IMG/VR virus record: IMGVR_UViG_3300028025_000097
Strand: one strand, 5' to 3'
Origin: a virus
Length of the DNA: 64,000 bases
A program made the position numbers and the translations under genes. Positions 1 to 7,504 of the stretch are shown here, piece after piece. Below the pieces are notes generated by a model. It ran no database searches, was not told where the DNA came from, and saw only the letters and a list, made by a program, of their open reading frames with translations. Every line of letters begins with the position of its first letter. The first letter of the stretch is position 1.

Positions 1-2
1 TC

Positions 3-704
3 CTTTTGCTGAGACGCAGTCAGACCGCGTTCCTTCAGCATACCCATCTCGACGACTTGCTTGATGCGAATCAAGTAGTCGCGGACAGACCGGAGACCTA
101 CGTCGATGTAGTGAGACCGGCTGATGAGCGCCTTGAAGTGCTCGCTGAGTCGGCTACCACCTTCGATGGCCATATCGAAGTCATAGTTGGTGATGAAGAT
201 GACAGAACCCTCGAACTCGAAGGACCAAGGCAACGGCGAACCGTCAGCATCGGTCATGCGAGTCTCGGCACCCCACATGATGCGGCGACGTTCAGTGGTG
301 TCGCACGCAGCCTTGAGAAGGTTAAGAGCGTCTGCGTCTTGGAAGACGGAGTCGCAGTCATCGAAGACGATGACGTCACCTTTGTGGCGATACTCGTAGA
401 GAGTCTTGTACAGGCCGGTCGGGCGGATGAAACCCTTGCAGATGGCCGCTTTCTTGCCGCTGTCGTCGTAGTCAGACACGACTTGCTCGACCGTGAAGGA
501 CTTGCCGAGGCCGGCAGGACCCGAGACGATCATCGCACGTGACTGGCCTTTGCAAGCCGACTGAGCCATGACACCGACGATCTCGAACATCTCCTTGAGA
601 CGGGCATCGATCTGCTCGTCAGTCTCGGTCACGATGGTGGTCATGACGCGAGGCGTGATAAGGTCGTTCTGTTTGGACTTGCGCTGATAAACTCCGCGAG
701 GCAT
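3..704 (-). CDS. AAA+/P-loop ATPase (runs off the left window edge; absent from ORF track)
   Basis: Manual translation from ATG at 704 (RBS AAGGAG upstream): MPRGVYQRKSKQ...MIVSGPAGLGKSFTV (Walker A)...VIVFDDCD (Walker B)...VIFITN; open to the edge. Confidence 0.85.
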   Translation of the reverse strand, partial: MPRGVYQRKSKQNDLITPRVMTTIVTETDEQIDARLKEMFEIVGVMAQSACKGQSRAMIVSGPAGLGKSFTVEQVVSDYDDSGKKAAICKGFIRPTGLYKTLYEYRHKGDVIVFDDCDSVFQDADALNLLKAACDTTERRRIMWGAETRMTDADGSPLPWSFEFEGSVIFITNYDFDMAIEGGSRLSEHFKALISRSHYIDVGLRSVRDYLIRIKQVVEMGMLKERGLTASQQK

Positions 705-733
705 TTGCTTACTCCTTGATTAACTATGAGTAT

Positions 734-762
734 ATTCTACGTATTTTACTAAAATAAGTAAA
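734..762 (-). promoter_or_regulatory. early sigma70-type promoter cassette copy A
   Basis: TTTACT-17 bp-TAGAAT; palindromic spacer TATTTT-AGT-AAAATA. Confidence 0.8.
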
Positions 763-1147
763 CAGCTAAACTCCCACAGTGGTCAGTCTCGACTTCTTGG
801 CCAGTCACCTTGGCCCAGGCCTTCAGGAACTTCTTACCGACGCCCAAGGTGACGTAATCATTTCCTTGCAAGCCCCACTCGGTGTACTCCACATCACGAC
901 CAGGCAGCCCAATTGAGTTGCAGAGCTTGCGGAAGTCAGCCAGCCATTTGCGATCGGTATAGATGTGCCCATGTTTCTCGGGGTTCCAGTCACTCTTCTT
1001 GAAAAAGGTCTTGATGACCCCGTATTCAAGTTCTTCATCCGTGTAGCAAATCTCGATACGCTTAATACCGACGTTGCGTTTCTCGCTTGACCAGAGACCA
1101 CCGCTTGTGCTGCAGATGGCGCCAGGGGTCTTGATGGTAGTCTTCAT
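749..1147 (-). CDS. hypothetical early protein
   Basis: ORF; likely start MKTTIK at 1147 after RBS AAGGA. Confidence 0.75.
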   Translation of the reverse strand: MKTTIKTPGAICSTSGGLWSSEKRNVGIKRIEICYTDEELEYGVIKTFFKKSDWNPEKHGHIYTDRKWLADFRKLCNSIGLPGRDVEYTEWGLQGNDYVTLGVGKKFLKAWAKVTGQEVETDHCGSLAVYLF

Positions 1148-1153
1148 GCTCGT

Positions 1154-1205
1154 TCCTTTATTCAACTGATGAGGCTATTCTACGTATTTTATCAAAATAA
1201 GTACA
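1154..1205 (-). promoter_or_regulatory. early promoter + RBS cassette copy B
   Basis: TGTACT-17-TAGAAT; 1154-1203 is identical to 3351-3400 (50 bp). Confidence 0.85.
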
Positions 1206-1208
1206 TGT

Positions 1209-1418
1209 CTAGACGTAGACAATTCGATGACCACGGCACCAGTCCTCCACCGAGTGGACCCAGCAAGAGACGTCGCTCGTGCCGATTTCGTCGACCTCGC
1301 CGACCATGTCCACCTGGAAGTCCACAGCGCTCTCGACCAAGTCGAGGCCATAGGTGTCCAGGAGGTCCACGCGGCCGGTGAGGATGCGGTGAATGATAGC
1401 GTTTTTGACTGCGTTCAT
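1209..1418 (-). CDS. hypothetical early protein
   Basis: ORF behind promoter cassette; contains EIGTSDVSCWV. Confidence 0.7.
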   Translation of the reverse strand: MNAVKNAIIHRILTGRVDLLDTYGLDLVESAVDFQVDMVGEVDEIGTSDVSCWVHSVEDWCRGHRIVYV

Positions 1419-1447
1419 GTTCATTCCTTTATTCATTTGATGTAGGT

Positions 1448-1476
1448 ATTCTACTTATTTTATTAAATAAAGTACA
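1448..1476 (-). promoter_or_regulatory. early promoter cassette copy C
   Basis: TGTACT-17-TAGAAT. Confidence 0.8.
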
Positions 1477-1550
1477 CTAGCCGCCAGGTGAAAAGGGGAT
1501 CAGTTCCTTAGCATTGTCCTTCCTCATCATCTCCCTGCATGGGAGAGACG

Positions 1551-1598
1551 CAAGTCATTGATTGTTCGTGCCAAAAGCCTTTATAAATCAATGACTTG
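1551..1598. repeat. 13-bp perfect inverted repeat; each arm matches the IHF consensus
   Basis: CAAGTCATTGATT (1551-1563) / AATCAATGACTTG (1586-1598); AATCAATGACTTG fits WATCAANNNNTTR. Confidence 0.7.
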
Positions 1599-1621
1599 TC
1601 TCAGTCGTTTTGCCAATCAAA

Positions 1622-2089
1622 TCAAAGACTTGTGGCCACGATGCTCTTTAGAGAGTTCACCCGGAACGACCGCCACGTCTTTTCTTCGGGCAAGAACACG
1701 GCGATGGACTCGCTCAGCTTCTTGACCGGTTTGCTTTCAACCTGCTCCACCTGAGGCAAAAGGTCAGGCTTCAGAGTACAGACCATCGTCCTCTCATCCC
1801 CGTTCACCTTGGTGAAGGTAACCTCGCATGGACCAGTCATGAGCTTCTGACGAATCTCCTCTCGACGGGCGACCAGGCCCCACGGGCAGTTGGACTCCCA
1901 GAGTTCATCGACCTGGGCCTCGAAGCCCAGTTCCTTGAGCTCGTTCATCTTGTCTGTCATGATTTTGACAGACTCCAGACCACGCTGCCATACACCATGG
2001 TCATCGCTATAGCTGTAGTACCAATCGTGGAGCGCCATGTGCTCCGCGAGGTCCTGTAGCATCATGTCAATCTCGGCCATCTTGCTCAT
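1622..2089 (-). CDS. two-domain protein with C-terminal SH3/Sm-like (WYL_2-type) beta-barrel
   Basis: C-terminus VTFTKVNGDERTMVCTL...WRSFRVNS resembles the phage WYL_2/SH3 barrel family; separate N-terminal HDWYYSYSDD domain. Confidence 0.65.
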   Translation of the reverse strand: MSKMAEIDMMLQDLAEHMALHDWYYSYSDDHGVWQRGLESVKIMTDKMNELKELGFEAQVDELWESNCPWGLVARREEIRQKLMTGPCEVTFTKVNGDERTMVCTLKPDLLPQVEQVESKPVKKLSESIAVFLPEEKTWRSFRVNSLKSIVATSL

Positions 2090-2103
2090 CTTCTCTTCTC
2101 CTT

Positions 2104-2346
2104 TTAGGTAAAGTCGTGGCCTTCACAGTAGGCCGCATTCTGAACGTTTTCCCAGGGATGATGCGATTTAACGCGGTCACGTTCACGCAGTTCGGTGGAC
2201 AGAGCGTACATCAGGCCTTCCAGTTCCTCGTTGGTCATCTCGCCCAGGTGGCAACCGATGGCGTACATCGCGATGGGGAGGTACTTGCTGGCATCGCCCT
2301 GGATGTCCATGATGCGAGCCGGTTCAAGAGTGTACTGTTTGCGCAT
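2104..2346 (-). CDS. hypothetical early protein
   Basis: ORF, start MRKQY after cassette RBS. Confidence 0.7.
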   Translation of the reverse strand: MRKQYTLEPARIMDIQGDASKYLPIAMYAIGCHLGEMTNEELEGLMYALSTELRERDRVKSHHPWENVQNAAYCEGHDFT

Positions 2347-2352
2347 GTTCAT

Positions 2353-2404
2353 TCCTTTATTCAATTGATGAGGCTATTCTACGTATTTTATCAAAATAAG
2401 TACA
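2353..2404 (-). promoter_or_regulatory. early promoter + RBS cassette copy D
   Basis: 49/50 identical to copies B/F; TGTACT-17-TAGAAT. Confidence 0.85.
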
Positions 2405-2408
2405 CAGC

Positions 2409-2915
2409 CTAGACGAGCTGCTCGAAGGTCAGCCCGAGCTGAGCGATGACCTTATCAGCCAACTCAGCCTCGCGGTCAAAGGCTTCCATTTCCCAGGGGA
2501 GGGCACGATAGGCCTTGTAGCTGCTGCCGACCTTGACGTGTTCACCGTTCCAGTACTGGTTCCAGTGACCAGAGGCAGCGCTCATCGTCGCAGTCAGACG
2601 ACCTTGGTGGTACTGCTCAGCGTGGACCAACTCGTGGGCCAGTGTCTGAATGGCCGTCTGCAGAGGCAATCGGCAATCCAGTTCTACCGTCTTCACCTTG
2701 TACCAGTATTGGCCGTGCTTCGTACGCTTACGAATGGCCGTCACTCGGAAGGTCGTATCCTCGTGGAAGTCCAAGAGACCGCGAAAGGCCGACTCAGTCT
2801 TCTGAATGAGCTCGGCAATCGGGTAGGCCGTCTTGGGAAAGTGGTACCAAGCAGAGGCGGACATCTTGATACGGGGGGAAGAGCTGAACAGCTTGTCGTG
2901 TTTGTCGCTAGTCAT
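2409..2915 (-). CDS. putative zinc metallopeptidase (HExxH)
   Basis: TLAHELVHAEQY...LPWEMEA. Confidence 0.7.
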   Translation of the reverse strand: MTSDKHDKLFSSSPRIKMSASAWYHFPKTAYPIAELIQKTESAFRGLLDFHEDTTFRVTAIRKRTKHGQYWYKVKTVELDCRLPLQTAIQTLAHELVHAEQYHQGRLTATMSAASGHWNQYWNGEHVKVGSSYKAYRALPWEMEAFDREAELADKVIAQLGLTFEQLV

Positions 2916-2944
2916 TTTGTATCACCTTTGTTCATCATGAAGTA

Positions 2945-2973
2945 ATTCTACATATTTTATCAAAATAAGTAAA
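2945..2973 (-). promoter_or_regulatory. early promoter cassette copy E
   Basis: TTTACT-TATTTTGATAAAATATG-TAGAAT. Confidence 0.8.
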
Positions 2974-2975
2974 TG

Positions 2976-3182
2976 CTAACCGTCAACTCGTTTGAAGTGG
3001 ACGACCTCGTACTCGGAGGTCGTGGAATTCCAGTGCGTCAAGATGGCCCGGCCTTGGTCTTCTTTTAATTGCTCGATTACGGCTTCCTTCTTGTCCGCAA
3101 AGTTGGGATTGTCCAAGAAGAACAAGTAGACCGTGGTCTCGAACTTAAAAGCACCAACTTGGCATAAGACTATCATATCCAT
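2976..3182 (-). CDS. hypothetical protein
   Basis: Likely start MDMIVL, TAATG-coupled to the upstream ORF. Confidence 0.6.
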   Translation of the reverse strand: MDMIVLCQVGAFKFETTVYLFFLDNPNFADKKEAVIEQLKEDQGRAILTHWNSTTSEYEVVHFKRVDG

Positions 3183-3343
3183 TACGCGTACTCCATCCAT
3201 TCTTGTTGGTCATCCCACTGGCGGCAGAGGTCGTTCTCGGCCTGGTGCATGGCGCAAAGCTCGTCCCAAGTGTAGAGACGGTCACCGGCGCGCTCGTACT
3301 CCAAGAAGTAGTCCATGATTTCGCTAAAGTGCATGCGTTCCAT
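3182..3343 (-). CDS. small acidic early protein, 53 aa (not in ORF track)
   Basis: AAGGAG RBS; MERMHFSEIMDYFLEYERAGDRLYTWDELCAMHQAENDLCRQWDDQQEWMEYA*. Confidence 0.7.
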   Translation of the reverse strand: MERMHFSEIMDYFLEYERAGDRLYTWDELCAMHQAENDLCRQWDDQQEWMEYA

Positions 3344-3350
3344 GATGTTC

Positions 3351-3402
3351 TCCTTTATTCAACTGATGAGGCTATTCTACGTATTTTATCAAAATAAGTA
3401 AA
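3351..3402 (-). promoter_or_regulatory. early promoter + RBS cassette copy F
   Basis: TTTACT-17-TAGAAT; identical to 1154-1203. Confidence 0.85.
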
Positions 3403-3408
3403 CTGGCC

Positions 3409-3597
3409 CTAGTAGCCTCGGCCACCAAGTTCACGGTCAAGGGCCATTTCGGCCTGGCGCTCGAGATTCTGAATGGTGTGCCTGAGTTCAGTGCGATACT
3501 TCATCAGGTCCTTCACCTTGGCATCGGCTTGGAGAAGCTCTTTGTATAGATCGTCTAGTCTCTCCTGGAGATCCTCATAGCTCTGCGCGGAGCTCAT
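3409..3597 (-). CDS. hypothetical coiled-coil protein
   Basis: ORF, ATGA-coupled to the upstream ORF; heptad-like Leu pattern. Confidence 0.65.
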   Translation of the reverse strand: MSSAQSYEDLQERLDDLYKELLQADAKVKDLMKYRTELRHTIQNLERQAEMALDRELGGRGY

Positions 3598-3719
3598 CGC
3601 GCTTCTCCTTTGTGTTTCGTCTTACGGTTGTACTTGGTGCGGTCCCGCTGCACTTTGTGGCGAAAAAGGTTGCCGGTGCAATACAGTTCAGTCGCTCGGA
3701 GGCGTTTTGGCTTGGTCAT
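3594..3719 (-). CDS. 41-aa highly basic peptide, ArfA-like (not in ORF track)
   Basis: MTKPKRLRATELYCTGNLFRHKVQRDRTKYNRKTKHKGEAR*; GGAG RBS; first gene after promoter G. Confidence 0.6.
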   Translation of the reverse strand: MTKPKRLRATELYCTGNLFRHKVQRDRTKYNRKTKHKGEAR

Positions 3720-3746
3720 GGTCATCTCCATATTCATTATGGAGCC

Positions 3747-3775
3747 ATTCTATATATTTTATCAAAATAAGTACA
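3747..3775 (-). promoter_or_regulatory. early promoter cassette copy G
   Basis: TGTACT-TATTTTGATAAAATATA-TAGAAT. Confidence 0.8.
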
Positions 3776-3782
3776 TTAGGCC

Positions 3783-4016
3783 CTAGCTTCCACCCCAATG
3801 AGTTGCCACAAGACCAACTGGTGTCTTGTCATTTCTTGAGAGCTTCAAGACTTTGTATTCGCCTTTGGAGATGGCCATGTCGAATTCTTCTGCATATCCT
3901 TTATAAGCAAATTGATGCACGAAGATCTCACGACAATGCTCGAGCGACTTGGCCTTGATACAGACCATGCCTGCCCAATAATCAGACAAGACTTCTTCGA
4001 TGATATAGAGGTTCAT
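3783..4016 (-). CDS. hypothetical protein
   Basis: ORF with GGAG RBS, ends in WGGS. Confidence 0.7.
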   Translation of the reverse strand: MNLYIIEEVLSDYWAGMVCIKAKSLEHCREIFVHQFAYKGYAEEFDMAISKGEYKVLKLSRNDKTPVGLVATHWGGS

Positions 4017-4044
4017 AATATATTATCTCCCGTAGGGGCATGCG

Positions 4045-4139
4045 CGAGGGTACTTTTGCCCGGGTTTAGGTGTGAGGTGATACGAGGGTACTTTTGCCCG
4101 GGTTTAGGTGTGAGGTGATACGAGGGTACTTTCTCCCGG
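4045..4139. repeat. 38-bp tandem direct repeat (2 perfect copies + partial third)
   Basis: CGAGGGTACTTTTGCCCGGGTTTAGGTGTGAGGTGATA at 4045 and 4083; degenerate copy at 4121. Confidence 0.95.
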
Positions 4140-4442
4140 AGACCATAGCTTTCTTACTCGTTCCCATTCTTTACGGTCGCAATCATGACCAAGAGGAAGC
4201 CAAGCAGCCTGCGGATTGTGCATCCGTTCCCTGTCATCATTTCCAAATTCTTCTTCAAGTTCCCGTTGAATAAGAGCCTTAACATTAGGTGGAAACTTAT
4301 CCCAGTTAGCAATAAGCCAATCAGCACATTCGCCAACGATGTAAGTCATTCGACCGAGGCAGTAACGAAAAGCGGAAGTTGCCATCAGCCCATTCATGCC
4401 CCATGCTTCTTCGAGAGTCAATTCTGGTTTAATTTTTTTCAC
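4104..4442 (-). CDS. hypothetical phage protein
   Basis: AFRYCLGRMTY motif; GGAGG RBS. Confidence 0.7.
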   Translation of the reverse strand: MKKIKPELTLEEAWGMNGLMATSAFRYCLGRMTYIVGECADWLIANWDKFPPNVKALIQRELEEEFGNDDRERMHNPQAAWLPLGHDCDRKEWERVRKLWSPGESTLVSPHT

Positions 4443-4445
4443 TTT

Positions 4446-4664
4446 TTATCCTCCTTCAATTCCAAAGTGTTCTTTAATTAAAGAGACACAATAATCATGA
4501 GATCTTGGATGAATGTCTCTTGTGTCGTGTTCAAGAACGTCAATACATCCCTGCAAAATCAACTCAGCGAACTTTTCCGCAAAAGATACAGGATGCCCAA
4601 AATCTGGACTTACCGCAGTAGCATCCCAAGCCCGTTCAGCAAGTTTATAAATTCGTTCATTCAT
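4446..4664 (-). CDS. small protein, MNERI...KFAELI..EC...HFG paralog family
   Basis: MNERIYKLAERA...KFAELILQGC...IKEHFGIE. Confidence 0.75.
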   Translation of the reverse strand: MNERIYKLAERAWDATAVSPDFGHPVSFAEKFAELILQGCIDVLEHDTRDIHPRSHDYCVSLIKEHFGIEGG

Positions 4665-4939
4665 TATTTAATTCCAAAATGTTCTTTTAGTTCATCACAA
4701 GCCATTTTACTTTGTTCTTCACAATTGTTTAAGATGCCCATTCGAGTAATACGGGTAATACTTTCTTGAATAATCAACTCAGAGAACTTTGCATAGGCTG
4801 CTCTACATTCCTCAGAACTCATTGCCCTAGGATACGGTCTTCCATTCCAATCAACGTATAACTCAGCCTGTACAGCCAATTCTAGAATTCGGTTGTTCAT
4901 TTCTGCCCCCTTCCAATTGTATAACTGAACTTCATTCAT
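4664..4939 (-). CDS. small protein, same paralog family (alternative start at 4900)
   Basis: MNNRILELAVQA...KFSELIIQES...LKEHFGIK. Confidence 0.75.
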   Translation of the reverse strand: MNEVQLYNWKGAEMNNRILELAVQAELYVDWNGRPYPRAMSSEECRAAYAKFSELIIQESITRITRMGILNNCEEQSKMACDELKEHFGIK

Positions 4940-4948
4940 TCTTCCTCC

Positions 4949-5185
4949 TTAATGCCAGATATGCTTTACACCGATGCAAAGATTTCCTTCTTTGCTATTA
5001 CGATGACGAGCAGCAGAAGTAAAGCTGTCACCCTCACCGCACTTGTCAATGGTGCGGAGCAAATCGCGGAAAGTTGCACCGATAAGATCCCGAGAAGAAG
5101 CTCTCCCTTCAAGGATCAGTTCACCATCCTTGAATACTCGGCAACCATATTCGGTGCCGAGCCAAGTAACTTTTGTAGTGTACAT
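4949..5185 (-). CDS. hypothetical protein
   Basis: ORF with GAGGA RBS behind promoter H. Confidence 0.7.
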   Translation of the reverse strand: MYTTKVTWLGTEYGCRVFKDGELILEGRASSRDLIGATFRDLLRTIDKCGEGDSFTSAARHRNSKEGNLCIGVKHIWH

Positions 5186-5215
5186 AATAAGATCCTCGTT
5201 TCAATTTATAAGTCA

Positions 5216-5244
5216 ATTATAATCTATAAATTAAAATAAGTAAA
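5216..5244 (-). promoter_or_regulatory. early promoter copy H
   Basis: TTTACT-17-TATAAT. Confidence 0.75.
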
Positions 5245-5249
5245 CAACT

Positions 5250-5657
5250 TTATTCTTGCCCAACATCTTCAACACGATGGCAAGTGTTACACCGAGTCTT
5301 CAACCAGCTATTATCTTCAATGACCTTGCCTTTGTCACCACAAATTTCACAGATACGCCTACTCATGGATTCAGCCATTGTGATCAGTCCGAGGATATAT
5401 TCATCTCCACCGTCAATATAGAACCTAAGCTCACCAAACTTTTCTTTGACTTGCATAACGACGACTTGAGGAGCATCACCGCCTCGACCATATACTATAT
5501 GATTCTGAATGTGACCGCATAGAAAGTTGATAAGATCATACCATCCATCGCCACAGTCAAACCCCCAACACATAGCAGTTTCTTGGGGAGAACCGTTTCT
5601 CTGAGCAAAGAGTACAGGATACTTTTCGCACAGTTGTTTATCTAGTTCTGGACTCAT
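5250..5657 (-). CDS. conserved phage hypothetical protein with C-terminal Cys motif
   Basis: GFDCGDGW, QVKEKFGELRFY, CEICG...C..CH. Confidence 0.75.
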   Translation of the reverse strand: MSPELDKQLCEKYPVLFAQRNGSPQETAMCWGFDCGDGWYDLINFLCGHIQNHIVYGRGGDAPQVVVMQVKEKFGELRFYIDGGDEYILGLITMAESMSRRICEICGDKGKVIEDNSWLKTRCNTCHRVEDVGQE

Positions 5658-5887
5658 TCTTCAATTCCAAAATGTTGTTTTAAAAGATTAGGATATTCAC
5701 TGGCAGGAATTCTATGATCTATAAAATCTTGAATAACTATGCCGCATTCCTGCACAATCAATTGAGCAAAATCTATGACCTCTTGTTGATCTGCATAACC
5801 TGAGACAAAGTAGTTTGGAGGAGTTTCGTTGTCAATGTAATTTAAGAGATGTGCCTTGAGTCCAAATTCAATAATTCGTTTGTTCAT
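5654..5887 (-). CDS. small protein, MNERI paralog family
   Basis: MNKRIIEF...FAQLIVQEC...LKQHFGIEE. Confidence 0.75.
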   Translation of the reverse strand: MNKRIIEFGLKAHLLNYIDNETPPNYFVSGYADQQEVIDFAQLIVQECGIVIQDFIDHRIPASEYPNLLKQHFGIEE

Positions 5888-6096
5888 CGTAATTCCTTTA
5901 ACACTTCTGCAAATGTAAATGATCGACCAGTAGTATAAACAATGTCAAAACTATCATTCACAATGTATTTCCGATTTCGGTTGCAATTTACATATTCGCC
6001 TCGATCATCATCAATATAAACCTGTCGCATCTGGGTGAAGGTATGATCCACATTACCATCAACGACGACTCGGGTAGTAATTTTGCGTTTGGTCAT
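5884..6096 (-). CDS. hypothetical protein
   Basis: ORF with ATGA overlaps on both sides. Confidence 0.65.
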   Translation of the reverse strand: MTKRKITTRVVVDGNVDHTFTQMRQVYIDDDRGEYVNCNRNRKYIVNDSFDIVYTTGRSFTFAEVLKELR

Positions 6097-6329
6097 CCCT
6101 TCCCCCTTGCGCGGATTGCATCACCATAGGTTCCGCCACCTTCACATAAGATATGATCGACTAATTGAGCGCACGCTTCGCGCTCGGTGGCGAAGACCAG
6201 CGCGGCGAAGCGTTCAAGGTCTGCTTCAATGCCAGTAAAAACAAGCTCAGGTTTGTAGTTAAAAAATTCGTCGCGGTCTACATCGAACCCCGCCTCCTGC
6301 GCCAGCCGAACCATATCTTTACTATTCAT
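6093..6329 (-). CDS. small protein related to the paralog family, EREAC...AIRARG tail
   Basis: MNSKDMVRLAQEAGF...LERFAALV..EREACAQLV...AIRARG. Confidence 0.7.
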   Translation of the reverse strand: MNSKDMVRLAQEAGFDVDRDEFFNYKPELVFTGIEADLERFAALVFATEREACAQLVDHILCEGGGTYGDAIRARGKG

Positions 6330-6850
6330 TTGTGTTCCCCCCTTGCGCGAATTGCATCGACCATTCTGTCTGCATCGACCCCTCGCCACATATCCTGCAC
6401 CAGTCGGCAAATTGCCTCACGCTCGTTCTCTCGTTCTTCTTTCAGTCTATCAGCAAACTTTTCTGCAAGAGCATCAAAGAATACCTTAGCACTCTCTTCA
6501 GCATCTCCTTCAAACATCATCACGCCACTATTGAAGTCAAGTCTTCCAATCCGGCGACCATCAATGTGAAACTCAACATTATAATCTGGTTTGAATTTGT
6601 ATTGTGTAATAGACCGGCGACCATCAATGTGAAACTCAACATTATAATCTGGTTTCAATTTGTATTGTGTAATAGAAAGGGATTTAGTATTGGTTTCTGT
6701 AATTTCTTTCATAGATTCTTTGCCTTTATTCTGTTCTTCCATCCAGCGAACAGCCATCGTAAAGATATCGAGTTCGCTTAGACGATACCGAGGAGAGCTA
6801 GCAAGACGCTTAAATGCTTCTAAGATTTCTTCTTTGGATAGTTCTTTCAT
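6326..6850 (-). CDS. hypothetical protein with internal 21-aa duplication and EREAI...AIRARG tail
   Basis: SITQYK(L/F)KPDYNVEFHIDGRR x2. Confidence 0.65.
   Translation of the reverse strand: MKELSKEEILEAFKRLASSPRYRLSELDIFTMAVRWMEEQNKGKESMKEITETNTKSLSITQYKLKPDYNVEFHIDGRRSITQYKFKPDYNVEFHIDGRRIGRLDFNSGVMMFEGDAEESAKVFFDALAEKFADRLKEERENEREAICRLVQDMWRGVDADRMVDAIRARGEHK
6551..6676. repeat. 63-bp in-frame tandem duplication
   Basis: 6551-6613 vs 6614-6676, one mismatch. Confidence 0.95.
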
Positions 6851-7059
6851 TTTTTGATACCAAATCGATTCACACGCAACCATTCTAACTGATTAGCAGC
6901 TTCATCGTGTCCGTGGAAAAAAAGATTGTCAATGCACTCTTGAATGATCAACTCAACAAATCGTTCAGTTTGTTGCCACGCTTCTTCGGTAGCCATTCCT
7001 AATGCATAGGATTTTATTCCGGCTTGAATTGCGAGGTCTTCAATTTTTTGTCTTGTCAT
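6847..7059 (-). CDS. small protein, MNERI paralog family
   Basis: IEDLAIQAGI...RFVELIIQEC...RFGIKK. Confidence 0.75.
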   Translation of the reverse strand: MTRQKIEDLAIQAGIKSYALGMATEEAWQQTERFVELIIQECIDNLFFHGHDEAANQLEWLRVNRFGIKK

Positions 7060-7298
7060 TTTTTGTGTAATACCTCGGTTAACCGATCAATGACCAACTG
7101 TAAATCTTCTCTTGTTAGATACAGGTCAATTTCACCATCGTCTTCTGGAAAGTCCGAGCTTTCGTTTAGGATAAGCTCGAATGCTTTTCCATCGTCCCAA
7201 ACATCCCTAATCAATAAATTAACATAACTGTTATCTGCATCATACACGAGCTTTGAAAATATGGTCATCCGAGGTGGTGTTTTCATTATGTATCTCAT
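7056..7298 (-). CDS. hypothetical protein
   Basis: ORF in tightly coupled array. Confidence 0.6.
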   Translation of the reverse strand: MRYIMKTPPRMTIFSKLVYDADNSYVNLLIRDVWDDGKAFELILNESSDFPEDDGEIDLYLTREDLQLVIDRLTEVLHKK

Positions 7299-7504
7299 TA
7301 TGAACCTGCTACTTTATCTAAGAATAACCGGAGTACCATTTCTTCAAACAATTCCTCGTTCCTCGTTAACTTGTAAACGTTTAGCAAATGCTTGTCGCCC
7401 ATCTCAGAAATTTTCATTCGTTTCCCGTCTCGTGTTCTCCACCATCCGGGTTCAAGATCATCCTCGTCATACCCATCATACCCTTGATCTTCAATCCAAC
7501 TCAT
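7298..7504 (-). CDS. hypothetical protein
   Basis: WRTRDGKRMKISEMGDKHLLN, a common small phage protein pattern. Confidence 0.65.
   Translation of the reverse strand: MSWIEDQGYDGYDEDDLEPGWWRTRDGKRMKISEMGDKHLLNVYKLTRNEELFEEMVLRLFLDKVAGS

Noticed and set aside
6-542. 178-aa plus-strand ORF
   Set aside because: Antisense shadow of the minus-strand AAA ATPase, which has RBS, promoter and Walker motifs
1166-1205. CTGATGAG in the promoter cassettes as additional hammerheads
   Set aside because: No stem II/GAAA/stem III follows, and it is on the non-transcribed strand
1148-2364. Shared MNKG(M/T) N-termini of ORFs 749..1165, 1209..1436, 2104..2364 as a protein motif
   Set aside because: These codons are the repeated leader/RBS (TGAATAAAGGA) of the promoter cassette; true starts are downstream
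734-4139. Repeated cassettes or the 38-bp repeat as a CRISPR array
   Set aside because: Cassettes are separated by whole genes of variable length; the 38-bp units have no spacers; no cas genes seen
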